DNA from: Ranitomeya imitator
Lineage: Eukaryota
Length of the DNA stretch: 64,000 nucleotides
Direction: 5' to 3'
NCBI RefSeq assembly: GCF_032444005.1
Contig: NC_091284.1
Location: 191,518,001-191,582,000 of the forward strand
How positions within the stretch are numbered: position 1 is the stretch's first letter; every line of letters starts with the position of its first letter. The notes beneath the pieces were generated by a model. It worked only from the letters and a program-made list of their open reading frames with translations, had not been told where the DNA came from and ran no database searches. Both the position numbers and the translations under genes were made by a program. Positions 1 through 11,968 of the stretch are shown here, piece by piece.

Positions 1-935
1 TGATCAAATTTAAACCTCCAAAAAATTGTTCAAAAATGTAATCGGTATTATATCGCTTATCCATAGAGTTTTACATTTTGTTGGGTAGATTTTGGGGGTA
101 TATAACCCTCCAAAAAATTGTTCAAGAATGCATCAGTATTAAATTGCTCATACATAGACTTTAACATGTTCTTGGATAGATTTCAGTGGTACATAACCTA
201 CCAAAAAATTGTTAAAAAATGAATCGGTATTATGTTTCTTATCCGTAGAGTATTACATGTTATTGGGTAGATTTTGGTGGTAAATAATCTTTAAAACATG
301 TTGTCTCTTTTTTACTTGTATTTTATTGTCCATCCATAGAGTATTTCGTCTTCTTGGATGAATTTCGGTGGTATCTAACCCTACAAAAAATTGACCACAA
401 CTGTATAGGTATTATATTGCTCATCCGTAGAGATGTACATATACTTGGGTATGTTTCTGTTGTATATAACCCTTAAAATTTTTTTTCAAAAATGTATCAG
501 TATTATATTAATCATCCATAGAATTTTACATATTCTTGGGTAGATTTTGGGGGTGTCTAACCCTCCAAAATCTTGTCAAAATTTTTTTCAGTATTATATT
601 ACTTATTCATAGATTATTGCATGTTCTTGGGTATATTTTGGTGGTATATAACCATCAAACAATTGTTCATAAATGTATTGGTATTACATTGCTAATCCGT
701 AGAGTATTACATGTTCTTGGAGAGATTTCGGTAGTTTCTAACCATCAAAATAAATGTTAAAAATGTATCAGTATTGTATTGCTCATCCATAGAATATTAC
801 ATGCCCTTGGGTAGATTTCAGTGGTGTCTAACCCTCAAAACAAGTTGTCTCTTTTTTTCAGAATTATGTTGCTCATCCATACAGTCTTACGTGTTCTTGG
901 ATACATTTTGGTGATATCTAATCCTAAAAAATGTT
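1..935. repeat. ~91-bp diverged tandem repeat (about 10 copies), continues off the left edge
   Basis: The motif CATAGAG/CGTAGAG recurs at 62, 153, 244, 335, 426 and 517 (91-bp period), each followed by TTACAT..TTGGGTAGATTT. Confidence 0.85.
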
Positions 936-2039
936 CATCAGCTATTAACTAAAGTGACCTTTCTCACATTAGCAAAACATACTGCAGGAGTGTAATCAAG
1001 CTTCTGTCCCAGTTTGTTCTGCTTGGCTTGTTGAGGTCGTTGGATGTAGCAGAGCTGAACTTCTTCTTGGGTCAAATAGGTGAGGAATTTGGTGTTTGTT
1101 AGTTTTAATTTTTGAAAATAAATGGGTAAAAGGGAGCGGGGAGTTTTAATTCAAATAAAAGCCTTTATTCTTGCTGTGTCTTTATTACAATCTTACTATG
1201 GGGTTAGTATTGTTGGATTCTTATATATACTTCTACATAACTAACCTAAGGGTTTGAGGTCAGCTGACAATATAAAGCTGACATCAACCCCACAAATATT
1301 AGCCCACTTGCTACCGCACCATGACAAGTGGGAAAAGCCACGCAAAGAGCCAGGATTGGTGCATTATTCTTGGCCCCTTACCAGTCTGAGAGTACTAGCT
1401 CCCAGTTCTCTGGGGGACACTACGCCATTTTTTAAAAAATATTTATTTAAATAATTTTCAAAAATGGTGTGGGGACCCCTCATCTGTCGGTTTTACCTGC
1501 ACTAGTTGTCAAAAGTAGAGGAGACCCCACGCCATTTTTTTAAAATATATTGCACAGCTGCTGGCACACATGCTGGCATCTATATGACTGTGTCGGAATC
1601 GTAGTGCTCTCACAGGCTGTTACTATCTTACCTCGGATCAGATCCGGTGTTTATTGCTCTGTCACACAAATGAAAACCTGGGAAACACCCAAGGTTCAGA
1701 CACCCCATTTATTTGAAAGTGGTACTGGTTCGGGTTCAAGTTCGAGGACCATACTAGTACCCAAGCCGAACTGTTTTAACTGTTTTGTTCAGCAGACCTG
1801 CCGGACTCCACAGGCTTGCTCATTGCTAAAAACTGGTTGCTCACTCTTCTCAACCCATGTTGCGAGGAGAATTATTCATCTCTCATTCCTGTCACGTAGA
1901 GGGCTAGTAAAATGATACAATACAAGTAGGCCCTAGATGTTCATTTAGTGCAAAAATTCACATCTGACAACACTGCCAACAGAGGCCATTCTTCCTTGAA
2001 CAACCAAAAAAGGAAAAGCGAGGGAGACACAGATCAGGT

Positions 2040-2340
2040 GCAATAGAGGCAGGACTCTTCCAACATCCTGGACCTAGTGCGCGATGTAGTCTGGCAATGA
2101 GGGAAAAGTTTAGCAATATGGTGAAGAAGTACCTAGCTGACCATATCAGCATCCTCTGTGATTCCTCTGTGCCGCACAACTATAGCGTATCCAAGCTGGA
2201 CACAAGGCATAAACTTGAAGGTACTGCCCTGCCCTGATACTAGAATTTCATCAGAGTCTGTCATCTAAAACTGCTGACAGGCTGATTCTTATCAAAATGA
2301 ACAGGGCCTGGATTTACCCAGACTTCTCAACCCACTGGAT
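2040..2340 (+). mobile_element. Decayed hAT transposase C-terminal (dimerisation region) remnant
   Basis: Reads ...SLSSKTADRLILIKMNRAWI at ~2255-2315, resembling the hAT C-terminal L..DRL..IKMN..WI motif. Frameshifted upstream. Confidence 0.5.
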
Positions 2341-2593
2341 GACAGCATTGGAATATAAAGCAAATTAAAATTATCCTTTTTTTCGGTGTATTCCCAGGCA
2401 CTCCTTCCCATCCAAAAAAATGGTATTTGGTTCAAGGATTCTTCTTTTTTTCCTCCTCCTCCTTCTCCACCATATCAACACGGTCATCTTGCCGTCCTCG
2501 CTCATTATTTTTAGGGGTTCATCAGGCGACCTTCACTCATAATTTTAAAAGGTTCATCATGCTGTCCTCGCTCAAAATTTTTAATGTGTAAAC

Positions 2594-3069
2594 TAAGCTT
2601 GAGCGAAACGGATCGGTCAAATTCAAAAGTCGCCGACTTTTGGCAAAGTCGGGTTTCATGAAACCCGACCCGATCCTTGTGTGGGATCAGCAATGCGGTC
2701 GGCGATCTTTGCGCCAAAGTCGCATTTCGTATGACGTGTTTGGTGCCATTTTTTCAGCCAATGATGGAGCGTGGGCAGAGTGATGACATAGGTGTTAGGG
2801 GCGTGGACACCTATCGCCTTCTTCTCGCTTGTGCGCTGTAGCGATTTGCAATGTGTAACACCAGATTTTCTGTTCAGGGACAGAGGAGAGAGAGAGAGAG
2901 AAAAAAAAAAAAGGATAGATTTCCCATTGCCTTTGCAGTGGGTTTCCTGTTTCGGTCGATCCTCGACTTTTCGCCATAATCGGCCGATTTCACTCGACTC
3001 GACTTTTGAGATAGTCGGGTTTCGCGAAACCCGACTCGACCCTAAAAAAGTAAAAGTCGCTCAACCCTA
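2594..3069. mobile_element. hAT-type MITE
   Basis: TIRs TAAGCTTGAGCGA / TCGCTCAACCCTA and an exact 8-bp TSD GTGTAAAC (2586-2593 and 3070-3077). Confidence 0.9.
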
Positions 3070-4175
3070 GTGTAAACAAGTGGCCGCTCCCACAATTTTT
3101 AGAGGGTCATCATGCAGCTTTCACTCATAATCAATAGCGGAAAAAAGGGCGGCCCTCGCTCATAATTTTTAGAGGGTCATCCATTTCAGCTATTTTTCTT
3201 CCTCACCAGCCCTCCTGTTGGTGTTTTCCAGGAAAAAGCTAAAGTTTCCCATTGACTTCCATTATGCTCAGTATATTATTCAGTGATAGTCGAGCACTGT
3301 AGTGCTCGATTATCACTAAACGTTACCTTAAATTATTTAGTCAATTCTCAATTGTTGCATTTTTTAGACAATTCAATAGAAAGGTGGCTGCATTTGCATG
3401 CGGATGGAGAATATATGAAGAATGTGTTGGGCAATAATTCACAGACTTGGTCAGTAAGCCTTTGTTCTCCTGCTACATGACAATCCCAGAGCTGGCATAT
3501 TCTGTGAAATATTCAGATGTCTTGTCTAAGAGCTAGAGTTTTTACAGGAAAACAGCTCAGCTTTTAAACTGATTGACAAAGGTCACGTTGTTTTGCAGTT
3601 GCAGTTTGACTCCCAAAAACATTCAGCCATTTACAATCACTTTAATACCATGCTGATTTGAGATAAAACCATAGGTCAGCATGCTTTTGCACATATTTTA
3701 GCCATACTGCTGTCATACTGTTGTCACTATGTATAAACTATAGCGAAAACTCGCTACTCACACGAGCATCAGTGTGCTCGGGATGGTCATTACTCAGCGA
3801 GTATTTTTTTAATGATCAAGTACCCACCCCACATGCTTGGTGCTTTTCAGACAGCCAATAAACACCAGTCACCAAAATGCCATAGCCATCTTGGTTGTGG
3901 CATTACTGTTATTGGCTGGCCACATAACATTATCAGGTCTACAGTGGGGCAAAAAAGTATTTAGTCAGTCAGCAATAGTGCAAGTTCCACCACTTAAAAA
4001 GATGAGAGGCGTCTGTAATTTACATCATAGGTAGACCTCAACTATGGGAGACAAACTGAGAAAGAAAAATCCAGAAAATCACATTGTCTGTTTTTTTAAC
4101 ATTTTATTTGCATATTATGGTGGAAAATAAGTATTTGGTCAGAAACAAAATTTCATCTCAATACTTTGTAATATA

Positions 4176-5782
4176 CAGTGGGGCAAAAAAGTATTTAGTC
4201 AGTCAGCAATAGTGCAAGTTCCACCACTTAAAAAGATGAGAGGCGTCTGTAATTTACATCATAGGTAGACCTCAACTATGGGAGACAAACTGAGAAAAAA
4301 AAATCCAGAAAATCACATTGTCTGTTTTTTTAACATTTTATTTGCATATTATGGTGGAAAATAAGTATTTGGTCAGAAACAAACAATCAAGATTTCTGGC
4401 TCTCACAGACCTGTAACTTCTTCTTTAAGAGTCTCCTCTTTCCTCCACTCATTACCTGTAGTAATGGCACCTGTTTAAACTTGATATCAGTATAAAAAGA
4501 CACCTGTGCACACCCTCAAACAGTCTGACTCCAAACTCCACTATGGTGAAGACCAAAGAGTTGTCAAAGGAAACCAGAAACCAAATTGTAGCCCTGCACC
4601 AGGCTGGGAAGACTGAATCTGCAATAGCCAACCAGCTTGGAGTGAAGAAATCAACAGTGGGAGCAATAATTAGAAAATGGAAGACATACAAGACTACTGA
4701 TAATCTCCCTCGATCTGGGGCTCCACGCAAAATCCCACCCTGTGGGGTCAGAATGATCACAAGAACGGTGAGCAAAAATCCCAGAACCACGCGGGGGGAC
4801 CTAGTGAATGAACTGCAGAGAGCTGGGACCAATGTAACAAGGCCTACCATAAGTAACACACTACGCCACCATGGACTCAGATCCTGCAGTGCCAGACGTG
4901 TCCCACTGCTTAAGCCAGTACATGTCCGGGCCCGTCTGAAGTTTGCTAGAGAGCATTTGGATGATCCAGAGGAGTTTTGGGAGAATGTCCTATGGTCTGA
5001 TGAAACCAAACTGGAACTGTTTGGTAGAAACACAACTTGTTGTGTTTGGAGGAAAAAGAATACTGAGTTGCATCCATCAAACACCATACCTACTGTAAAG
5101 CATGGTGGTGGAAACATCATGCTTTGGGGCTGTTTCTCTGCAAAGGGGCCAGGACGACTGATCCGGGTACATGAAAGAATGAATGGGGCCATGTATCGTG
5201 AGATTTTGAGTGCAAACCTCCTTCCATCAGCAAGGGCATTGAAGATGAAACGTGGCTGGGTCTTTCAACATGACAATGATCCAAAGCACACCGCCAGGGC
5301 AACGAAGGAGTGGCTTCGTAAGAAGCATTTCAAGGTCCTGGAGTGGCCTAGCCAGTCTCCAGATGTCAACCCTATAGAAAACCTTTGGAGGGAGTTGAAA
5401 GTCCGTGTTGCCAAGCGAAAAGCCAAAAACATCACTGCTCTAGAGGAGATCTGCATGGAGGAATGGGCCAACATACCAACAACAGTGTGTGGCAACCTTG
5501 TGAAGATTTACAGAAAACGGTTGACCTCTGTCATTGCCAACAAAGGATATATTACAAAGTATTGAGATGAAATTTTGTTTCTGACCAAATACTTATTTTC
5601 CACCATAATATGCAAATAAAATGTTAAAAAAACAGACAATGTGATTTTCTGGATTTTTTTTTTCTCAGTTTGTCTCCCATAGTTGAGGTCTACCTATGAT
5701 GTAAATTACAGACGCCGCTCATCTTTTTAAGTGGTGGAACTTGCACTATTGCTGACTGACTAAATACTTTTTTGCCCCACTG
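4176..5782 (+). mobile_element. Tc1 DNA transposon (inner, full-length 1607 bp)
   Basis: ~208-bp TIRs (4176-4383 and 5575-5782). TA target duplicated (4174-75 and 5783-84) inside the outer copy's AAAGGA-TA-TATTAC sequence. Confidence 0.95.
4543..5565 (+). CDS. Tc1 transposase, intact, 340 aa, DD34E
   Basis: N-terminal paired-like HTH, then [14 protein letters not shown] and SPDVNPIEN, with 34 residues between the second D and the E. Confidence 0.95.
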   Translation: MVKTKELSKETRNQIVALHQAGKTESAIANQLGVKKSTVGAIIRKWKTYKTTDNLPRSGAPRKIPPCGVRMITRTVSKNPRTTRGDLVNELQRAGTNVTRPTISNTLRHHGLRSCSARRVPLLKPVHVRARLKFAREHLDDPEEFWENVLWSDETKLELFGRNTTCCVWRKKNTELHPSNTIPTVKHGGGNIMLWGCFSAKGPGRLIRVHERMNGAMYREILSANLLPSARALKMKRGWVFQHDNDPKHTARATKEWLRKKHFKVLEWPSQSPDVNPIENLWRELKVRVAKRKAKNITALEEICMEEWANIPTTVCGNLVKIYRKRLTSVIANKGYITKY

Positions 5783-6789
5783 TATCCTTTGTTGGCAATG
5801 ACAGAGGTCAAACGTTTTCTGTAAGTCTTCACAAGGTTGCCACACACTGTTGTTGGTATGTTGGCCCATTCCTCCATGCAGATCTCCTCTAGAGCAGTGA
5901 TGTTTTTGGCTTTTCGCTTGACAACACGGACTTTCAACTCCCTCCAAAGGTTTTCTATAGGGTTGAGATCTGGAGACTGGCTAGGCCACTCCAGGACCTT
6001 GAAATGCTTCTTACGAAGCCACTCCTTCGTTGCCCTGGTGGTGTGCTTTGGATCATTGTCATGTTGAAAGACCCAGCCACGTTTCATCTTCAATGCCCTT
6101 GCTGATGGAAGGAGGTTTGCACTCAAAATCTCACGATACATGGCCCCATTCATTCTTTCATGTACCCGGATCAGTCGTCCTGGCCCCTTTGCAGAGAAAC
6201 AGCCCCAAAGCATGATGTTTCCACCACCATGCTTTACAGTAGGTATGGTGTTTGATGGATGCAACTCAGTATTCTTTTTCCTCCAAACACGACAAGTTGT
6301 GTTTCTACCAAACAGTTCCAGTTTGGTTTCATCAGACCATAGGACATTCTCCCAAAACTCCACTGGATCATCCAAATGCTCTCTAGCAAACTTCAGATGG
6401 GCCCGGACATGTACTGGCTTAAGCAGTGGGACACGTCTGGCACTGCAGGATCTGAGTCCATGGTGGCGTAGTGTGTTACTTATGGTAGGCCTTGTTACAT
6501 TGGTCCCAGCTCTCTGCAGTTCATTCACTAGGTCCCCCCGCGTGGTTCTGGGATTTTTGCTCACCGTTCTTGTGATCATTCTGACCCCACGGGGTGGGAT
6601 TTTGCGTGGAGCCCCAGATCGAGGGAGATTATCAGTGGTCTTGTATGTCTTCCATTTTCTAATTATTGCTCCCACTGTTGATTTCTTCACTCCAAGCTGG
6701 TTGCCTATTGCAGATTCAGTCTTCCCAGCCTGGTGCAGGGCTACAATTTTGTTTCTGGTGTCCTTTGACAGCTCTTTGGTCTTCACCAT
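5746..6789 (-). CDS. Tc1 transposase of the outer copy; C-terminal ITKY replaced by read-through into the inner TIR
   Basis: 347-aa ORF with WSDETK / HDNDPKH / SPDLNPIEN. Ends [16 protein letters not shown] where the inner element begins. Confidence 0.9.
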   Translation of the reverse strand: MVKTKELSKDTRNKIVALHQAGKTESAIGNQLGVKKSTVGAIIRKWKTYKTTDNLPRSGAPRKIPPRGVRMITRTVSKNPRTTRGDLVNELQRAGTNVTRPTISNTLRHHGLRSCSARRVPLLKPVHVRAHLKFAREHLDDPVEFWENVLWSDETKLELFGRNTTCRVWRKKNTELHPSNTIPTVKHGGGNIMLWGCFSAKGPGRLIRVHERMNGAMYREILSANLLPSARALKMKRGWVFQHDNDPKHTTRATKEWLRKKHFKVLEWPSQSPDLNPIENLWRELKVRVVKRKAKNITALEEICMEEWANIPTTVCGNLVKTYRKRLTSVIANKGYSGAKKYLVSQQ

Positions 6790-8049
6790 AGTGGAGTTTG
6801 GAGTCAGACTGTTTGAGGGTGTGCACAGGTGTCTTTTTATACTGATAAAAAGTTTAAACAGGTGCCATTACCACAGGTAATGAGTGGAGGAAAGAGGAGA
6901 CTCTTAAAGAAGAATTTACAGGTCTGTGAGAGCCAGAAATCTTGATTGTTTGTTTCTGACCAAATACTTATTTTCCACCATAATATGCAAATAAAATGTT
7001 AAAAAAACAGACAATGTGAATTTCTGGATGTTTTTTTCTCAGTTTGTCTCCCATAGTTGAGGTCTACCTGTGATGTAAATTACAGACGCCTCTCATCTTT
7101 TTAAGTGGTGGAACTTGCACTATTGCTGACTGACTAAATACTTTTTTGCCTCACTGTATATAAGACATGTGACACTATGTTCATCACACTGTACTCCGAT
7201 GGGAAAGAGGGACAGAATTACAGCTGCATATTAGTTAGGGATTCAACCACATTAGCATTTCTTTTAAGTACAACAACAGTTCTTCTTAGGGCTAATGATA
7301 ATTAATAGTAATACTGCTGTTAGCAGCACTTAGGGAGAGATCGTGCTGATGGGATTGTGTAGGACATGACAGGGTGAATTGCACATTCTTTATGCTGCAG
7401 CCTGCAACTCTTCCCAAAACCCCAAACTGTTTTTACCAAACTGTGATTGTTACAGCTGTAATTCGACTTCTACCTGTATTGCTGAATACCGGACAACTAC
7501 AGGAATACGGGTGCACACTAAACAGGGATAATCAAAAGTCAGAAAAAAAGAAGGTGGCAGTTGTGCCTCAATATGTACAAAAAAATTGTTTCGTTAGAAA
7601 TAGCATCACTATATTGATGCTGCAGTCTAAGACATCCATCTGAAGTGGGCAAATTTTCCTGGCATTGTAATACTGCAATTTTTTTCAGAAGTTAAATTTA
7701 CACGTCATTTGTCATGCTACAGTTTTGCCTCAAAACACATAAAAAAATGTTTATTAGACATTGCTTTGCTATATTGAAAAGGAGAATGTATTGCCGGGAC
7801 ATCCCTCTGTGATTGTTACAGCTGTAATTCGACTTCTACCTGTATTGCTGAACACTGGACAACTACAGGAATACGGTGCACACCCAACAGGGATAATCAA
7901 TTAATGTCCAAAAAAATAAAAAAGGTGGCACTCACCATCCAAATTCAAACAGTCCTTTATTCAATCCATTAAAATGGGTACAGCTGGAGAGAGGTGGATG
8001 CCTTCTCTGGACGATGTCTGTTTAGTGCTAACTGTGCTTCAACTCAACG

Positions 8050-9309
8050 TTGAGGTGGTTAATGCTTATCTCAGTAACTTTGAATAATTAACAAAAAACA
8101 TCTGCAAAGGCTTCCTAAGCATTTAAAAAGGTGACTTTGTCTGTATTAATAGGCTCCACAATCATGGGGAAGACTGCTGACTTGACAGATGTCCAGAAGG
8201 CAGTCATTGACACACTCCACAAGGAGGTTAAGCCACAAAGCGTCACGGCTAAAAAATCTGGCTGTTCACAGAGTGCTGTATCCAAGCATATTAATGGAAA
8301 GTTGAGTGGAAGGAAAATGTGTGGTAGAAAAAAGTGCAAAAGCAACTGGGATAACCACAGCCTTGATAGAAAAGAAAAGAAAAAAAAAAAAAAGCCTTGA
8401 TAGAATTGTTAAGAAAAGACCATTCAAAAATTGGGGGGAGATTCACAAGGAGTGGACAGCTGCAGTCATTGTATCAAGAGTCACCACACAGAGATGTATC
8501 CAGGACATGTGCTACAAGTGTCTCATTACTTGTGTCAAGCCACTCATGACCAATAGACAATGCCAGAAGCATCTTACCTGGTCCAAGGAGATAAAGAGCT
8601 GGACTGTTGCTCAGTGGTCCAAGGTATTGTTTTCAGATGAAAGTAAATTTTGCATTTCATTTGGAAATCAAGGTCCCGGAGTCTGGAGAAAGAGTGGAGA
8701 GGCATACAATCCAAGCTGCTTGAGGTCTAGTGTGAAGTTTCCACAATCAGTGATGGTTACGGGAGCCATGTTATCTGCTGGTGAAGGTCCACTGTGTCTT
8801 ATCAAGACCAAAGTCAGCGCAGCCTTCTACCAGGAATTTTTGGAGCACATCATGCTTCCCTCTGCCAACAAACTATTTGGAGATGGAAATTTAATTCTCA
8901 GCAAGACTTGACACCTGTCCATAGTGTCAAAAGTACTAATACCTAGATTAAAAACAGCAGTGCCACAGGCTGATCGCCTCATACCATGATGCATTGATGC
9001 AGTAATTGATGCAAAAGGAGCCCGGACCAAGTATTGAGTGCATTTACTGAACATACATTTCAGTAGGCCAACATTTCAGATTGTAAAATAATTTTCCAAG
9101 CTGGTGTCATAAAATATTCTAATTTACTGAGATAATGAGTTTTGGGTTCTCATTGGCTGTAAGCCATAATCATCAACACTAACAGAAATAAACACTTGAA
9201 ATAGATCACTGTGTTTGTAATGACTCTATATATGAGTTTCACTTTTTGTATTGATAAACTGAAATAAATTTACTTTTTTATGATATTCTAATTTTGTGAG
9301 AAGCACCTG
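8050..9309 (+). mobile_element. Degenerate, 5'-truncated Tc1 element (different family)
   Basis: Frameshifted transposase (MGKTADLT.., VLFSDESKF, VKFPQSVMV). Right end ATTCTAATTTTGTGAGAAGCACCTG followed by TA. Confidence 0.85.
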
Positions 9310-10074
9310 TATGCATATGCCCCAGGGCTAAATGTTTTTCAGCCCATGCACTTAGTGTATGGGCATTAACCAGTCTAGTTACACAAGCCTTAATACTGGG
9401 AATAAATGTTTTCTGGGGCCCTTCACTACATCTCTTCTAGTTTTTGGCATCCCTTGCACTTAATGCATATATTTTGCCAGTGTAGGAGACCCACTCATTA
9501 TTAAGAAAAAAATCCTTTCTGAGGATCCACCTTCTAGTTGAGCGAAAACCTTTTGAAATCAAAAGAACCAATGGATTCTATTAGTATATAATCCAGTGTC
9601 TTGTTGTAGGCTGTCAGGTGCTCATCACATATAGGAAATTCTCACATGACATGCAGGATTTCACAGCAAGGACAGGAGAGTTTAGACAATAAGTACAAAA
9701 GATCCTGGTCTTCTCCATATCAGGCTGAGCAGAAGCAAAATGCTCCACTATATTCCCCAGCAGAGTTGATGAAATGACAGTCCTTGATGCTGCTACATAA
9801 AACTAATCACTTTTTCAGGGCTAATTCAAACAAATTATATTCTGTTATAATAATACCACTCTCATCTACACTTCATCTATGGTGAGATATTGCAGTACGT
9901 GTAGCATATGACAGGCAGCTAGTCAGGGATTATTGCCTTATAAATTCTAAGTCATGCTGCTGTTTTTTTCCATAGAATCATTGACCAAATCATGTTTTTT
10001 ATGGTATTTTGTACTCAGAAATGTATCAAAGTAGGCAAAATTAACTGATTTAATGTGTTCATTCACAGTTTCTC

Positions 10075-10694
10075 ACTAGGGGCCGCTCATATACAGTAAT
10101 GAATATGCGGCTCCACCCCTATGGGAGGTGGAGCCGCATATTCATGACTAATCGGCAGCCCAACGTGACCGCTCATACAGTAGAAGGTGCGGCCAGGACA
10201 GGAAGCAGCGCCAGCCAGCGAGGGAGCCGGGTGAGTATTTTAAGAACAGCGGGCAGGTGCACAGGGTGTGGGAGGGGGTGGGGACATGGATCTTTATTTT
10301 AAACACAAGAAACAAAAAAAAAGGAATATTCATATCTTCTCTACAGCAAACGCTGCTGCAGAGAAGATATGAATGGCAGCTTCAGCACCAGTGGGGGGGA
10401 CAGCGCTTACTGTAGCGCTGTCTCCTGCACGGCACACGGACTGCACATGGACAACGTCCGTGTGCGGTACGTGATTTACACGGACCCATTGACTTTAATG
10501 GGTCGGTGTAATCCGTGCGCTCCCACGAACACTGACATGTCTCTGTGTTTGGCACACGGAGACACGGTCCGCAAAAAATCAATGACATCTGCACAGATGC
10601 ATTGATTTCAATGTGTCTACCTGTGTCAGTGGCTCTGGTACGTGAGGAAACTGTCACCTCACGTACCGGAGCCACTGACGTGTGAAACCGGCCT
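10075..10694. mobile_element. Partial PIF/Harbinger-type MITE
   Basis: Right terminus GTGTGAAACCGGCCT. Internal hairpin ATGAATATGCGGCTCCACC / GGTGGAGCCGCATATTCAT at ~10098-10144. Left end not found. Confidence 0.6.
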
Positions 10695-11069
10695 AGGAGG
10701 TAGTGGCAGGACACTTTACACAACTGGAAATGGAATTACCACTTCTGAACTCTCAAGTGCTTTGTTTCCATCTATTTATCGATGGTTCTTTAAGTTTGTT
10801 TGGGGTTATTGTCCTATTGGAAGACCCATGACCTAGGAGGCAAATCCATATATCAGACCCCAGGCACTATATTGCCATCCAAAATCCTTTGGGAATTTTC
10901 ACATTTCATGATGCCTTGAACAGAGTCAATTCATCCAGAGCCAAAAGCAGCAAAACAAGCCAAAACATTTTTTTCAACCCCCACTGCAACTACTGTGCTG
11001 TTTTATTGTTAGGTTTCATTCCTTCTCTGTGGCCTCCCTTCTAACACACTGTCATCATTCCTGTCTATT

Positions 11070-11968
11070 CTAACTCTGCTGCCTGACTAATCCATTTATA
11101 CCCTTGCTATTCCCTGGCCCCTCCCCTCTGTCAATCCCTTCACAGACTCCAGTTCAAAACCCTGCCCATGGCATACAAAGCCATACACAACCTGTCGCCT
11201 CCATACATCTGTGACCCAGACTCCAGGTACATACCTGCATGCAACCTCTGATCCTCCCAAGATGTCCTTCTCTATTCCCCTCTTATCTCCTATTCCCACA
11301 ATCGCATACAATATTCTCTGGAACTCTGTATAACATATCAGACTCCAAACCACCAAACCACTACATGACCATCTCTAAGGCCGGTATCACATTAGCGTTT
11401 GCATGAGCTGCGGAGGGCTGCGGAATTTCTCTGTGAAGCCCCGCCCTCGGCTGCACCTCCGCCGCTAGCTCCGCCTACTTCTGCATGCGGGCAGCATGCG
11501 GCCGGCATGCGGCCTGTGTACCTATCTTTAACATTAGGTACGCAGGTCGTGCAGCTGTATGCGGATGCTTCCGCATGCGTCGTTTTGACGATGCGGCGAC
11601 CAGCGTAGAACGCAGCTTGCAGCAATTTTTTTTCTCCGCATCATCAAAACGACGCATGCGGAAGCATCCGCATACAGCCGCACGACCTGCGTACCTAATG
11701 TTAAAGATAGGTACGCAGGCCACATGCCGGCCGCATGCAGAAGTAGGCGGAGCTAGCGTCAGAGGTGCGTCCGTGGGCGGGGCTTTACGGAGGAAGTCCG
11801 CAGCCCTCCGCAGGTCATGCAAACGCTAATGTGAAACTAGCCTAAACTCACCCATTCCTTGTAGAATGTGAGCCGTCATGGGCAGGGTCCTCTCTCCTCC
11901 TGTACCACATGTACAGTGTCATGGAATAAATGATGCTATGATAAATAATAATAATAATAATAATAATT
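11070..11968 (+). mobile_element. L2-like LINE 3' end, split by a MITE
   Basis: Decayed RT C-terminal-like sequence (CATACAAAGCCATACACAACCTG..., ATCCTCCCAAGATG...), resuming at 11846 and ending in an (AAT)n tail at 11943-11968. Confidence 0.6.
11379..11842. mobile_element. PIF/Harbinger MITE, near-palindromic
   Basis: GGCCGGTATCACATTAGCGTTTGCATGA / TCATGCAAACGCTAATGTGAAACTAGCC termini with TAA TSD (11376-78 and 11843-45). Confidence 0.9.

Larger units (their letters stand above)
3942..7156 (-). mobile_element. Tc1 DNA transposon (outer copy, ~1.6 kb), interrupted by a sister copy
   Basis: CAGTGGGGCAAAAAAGTATTTAG termini, TA flanks at 3940-41 and 7157-58, ~200-bp TIRs. 3942-4175 holds the transposase 3' end plus the right TIR; 5783-7156 holds the remainder. 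Confidence 0.95.

Noticed and set aside
4452-5192. 246-aa antisense ORF (and its mirror at 6140-6880)
   Set aside because: Shadow frame of the Tc1 transposase with no independent domain features.
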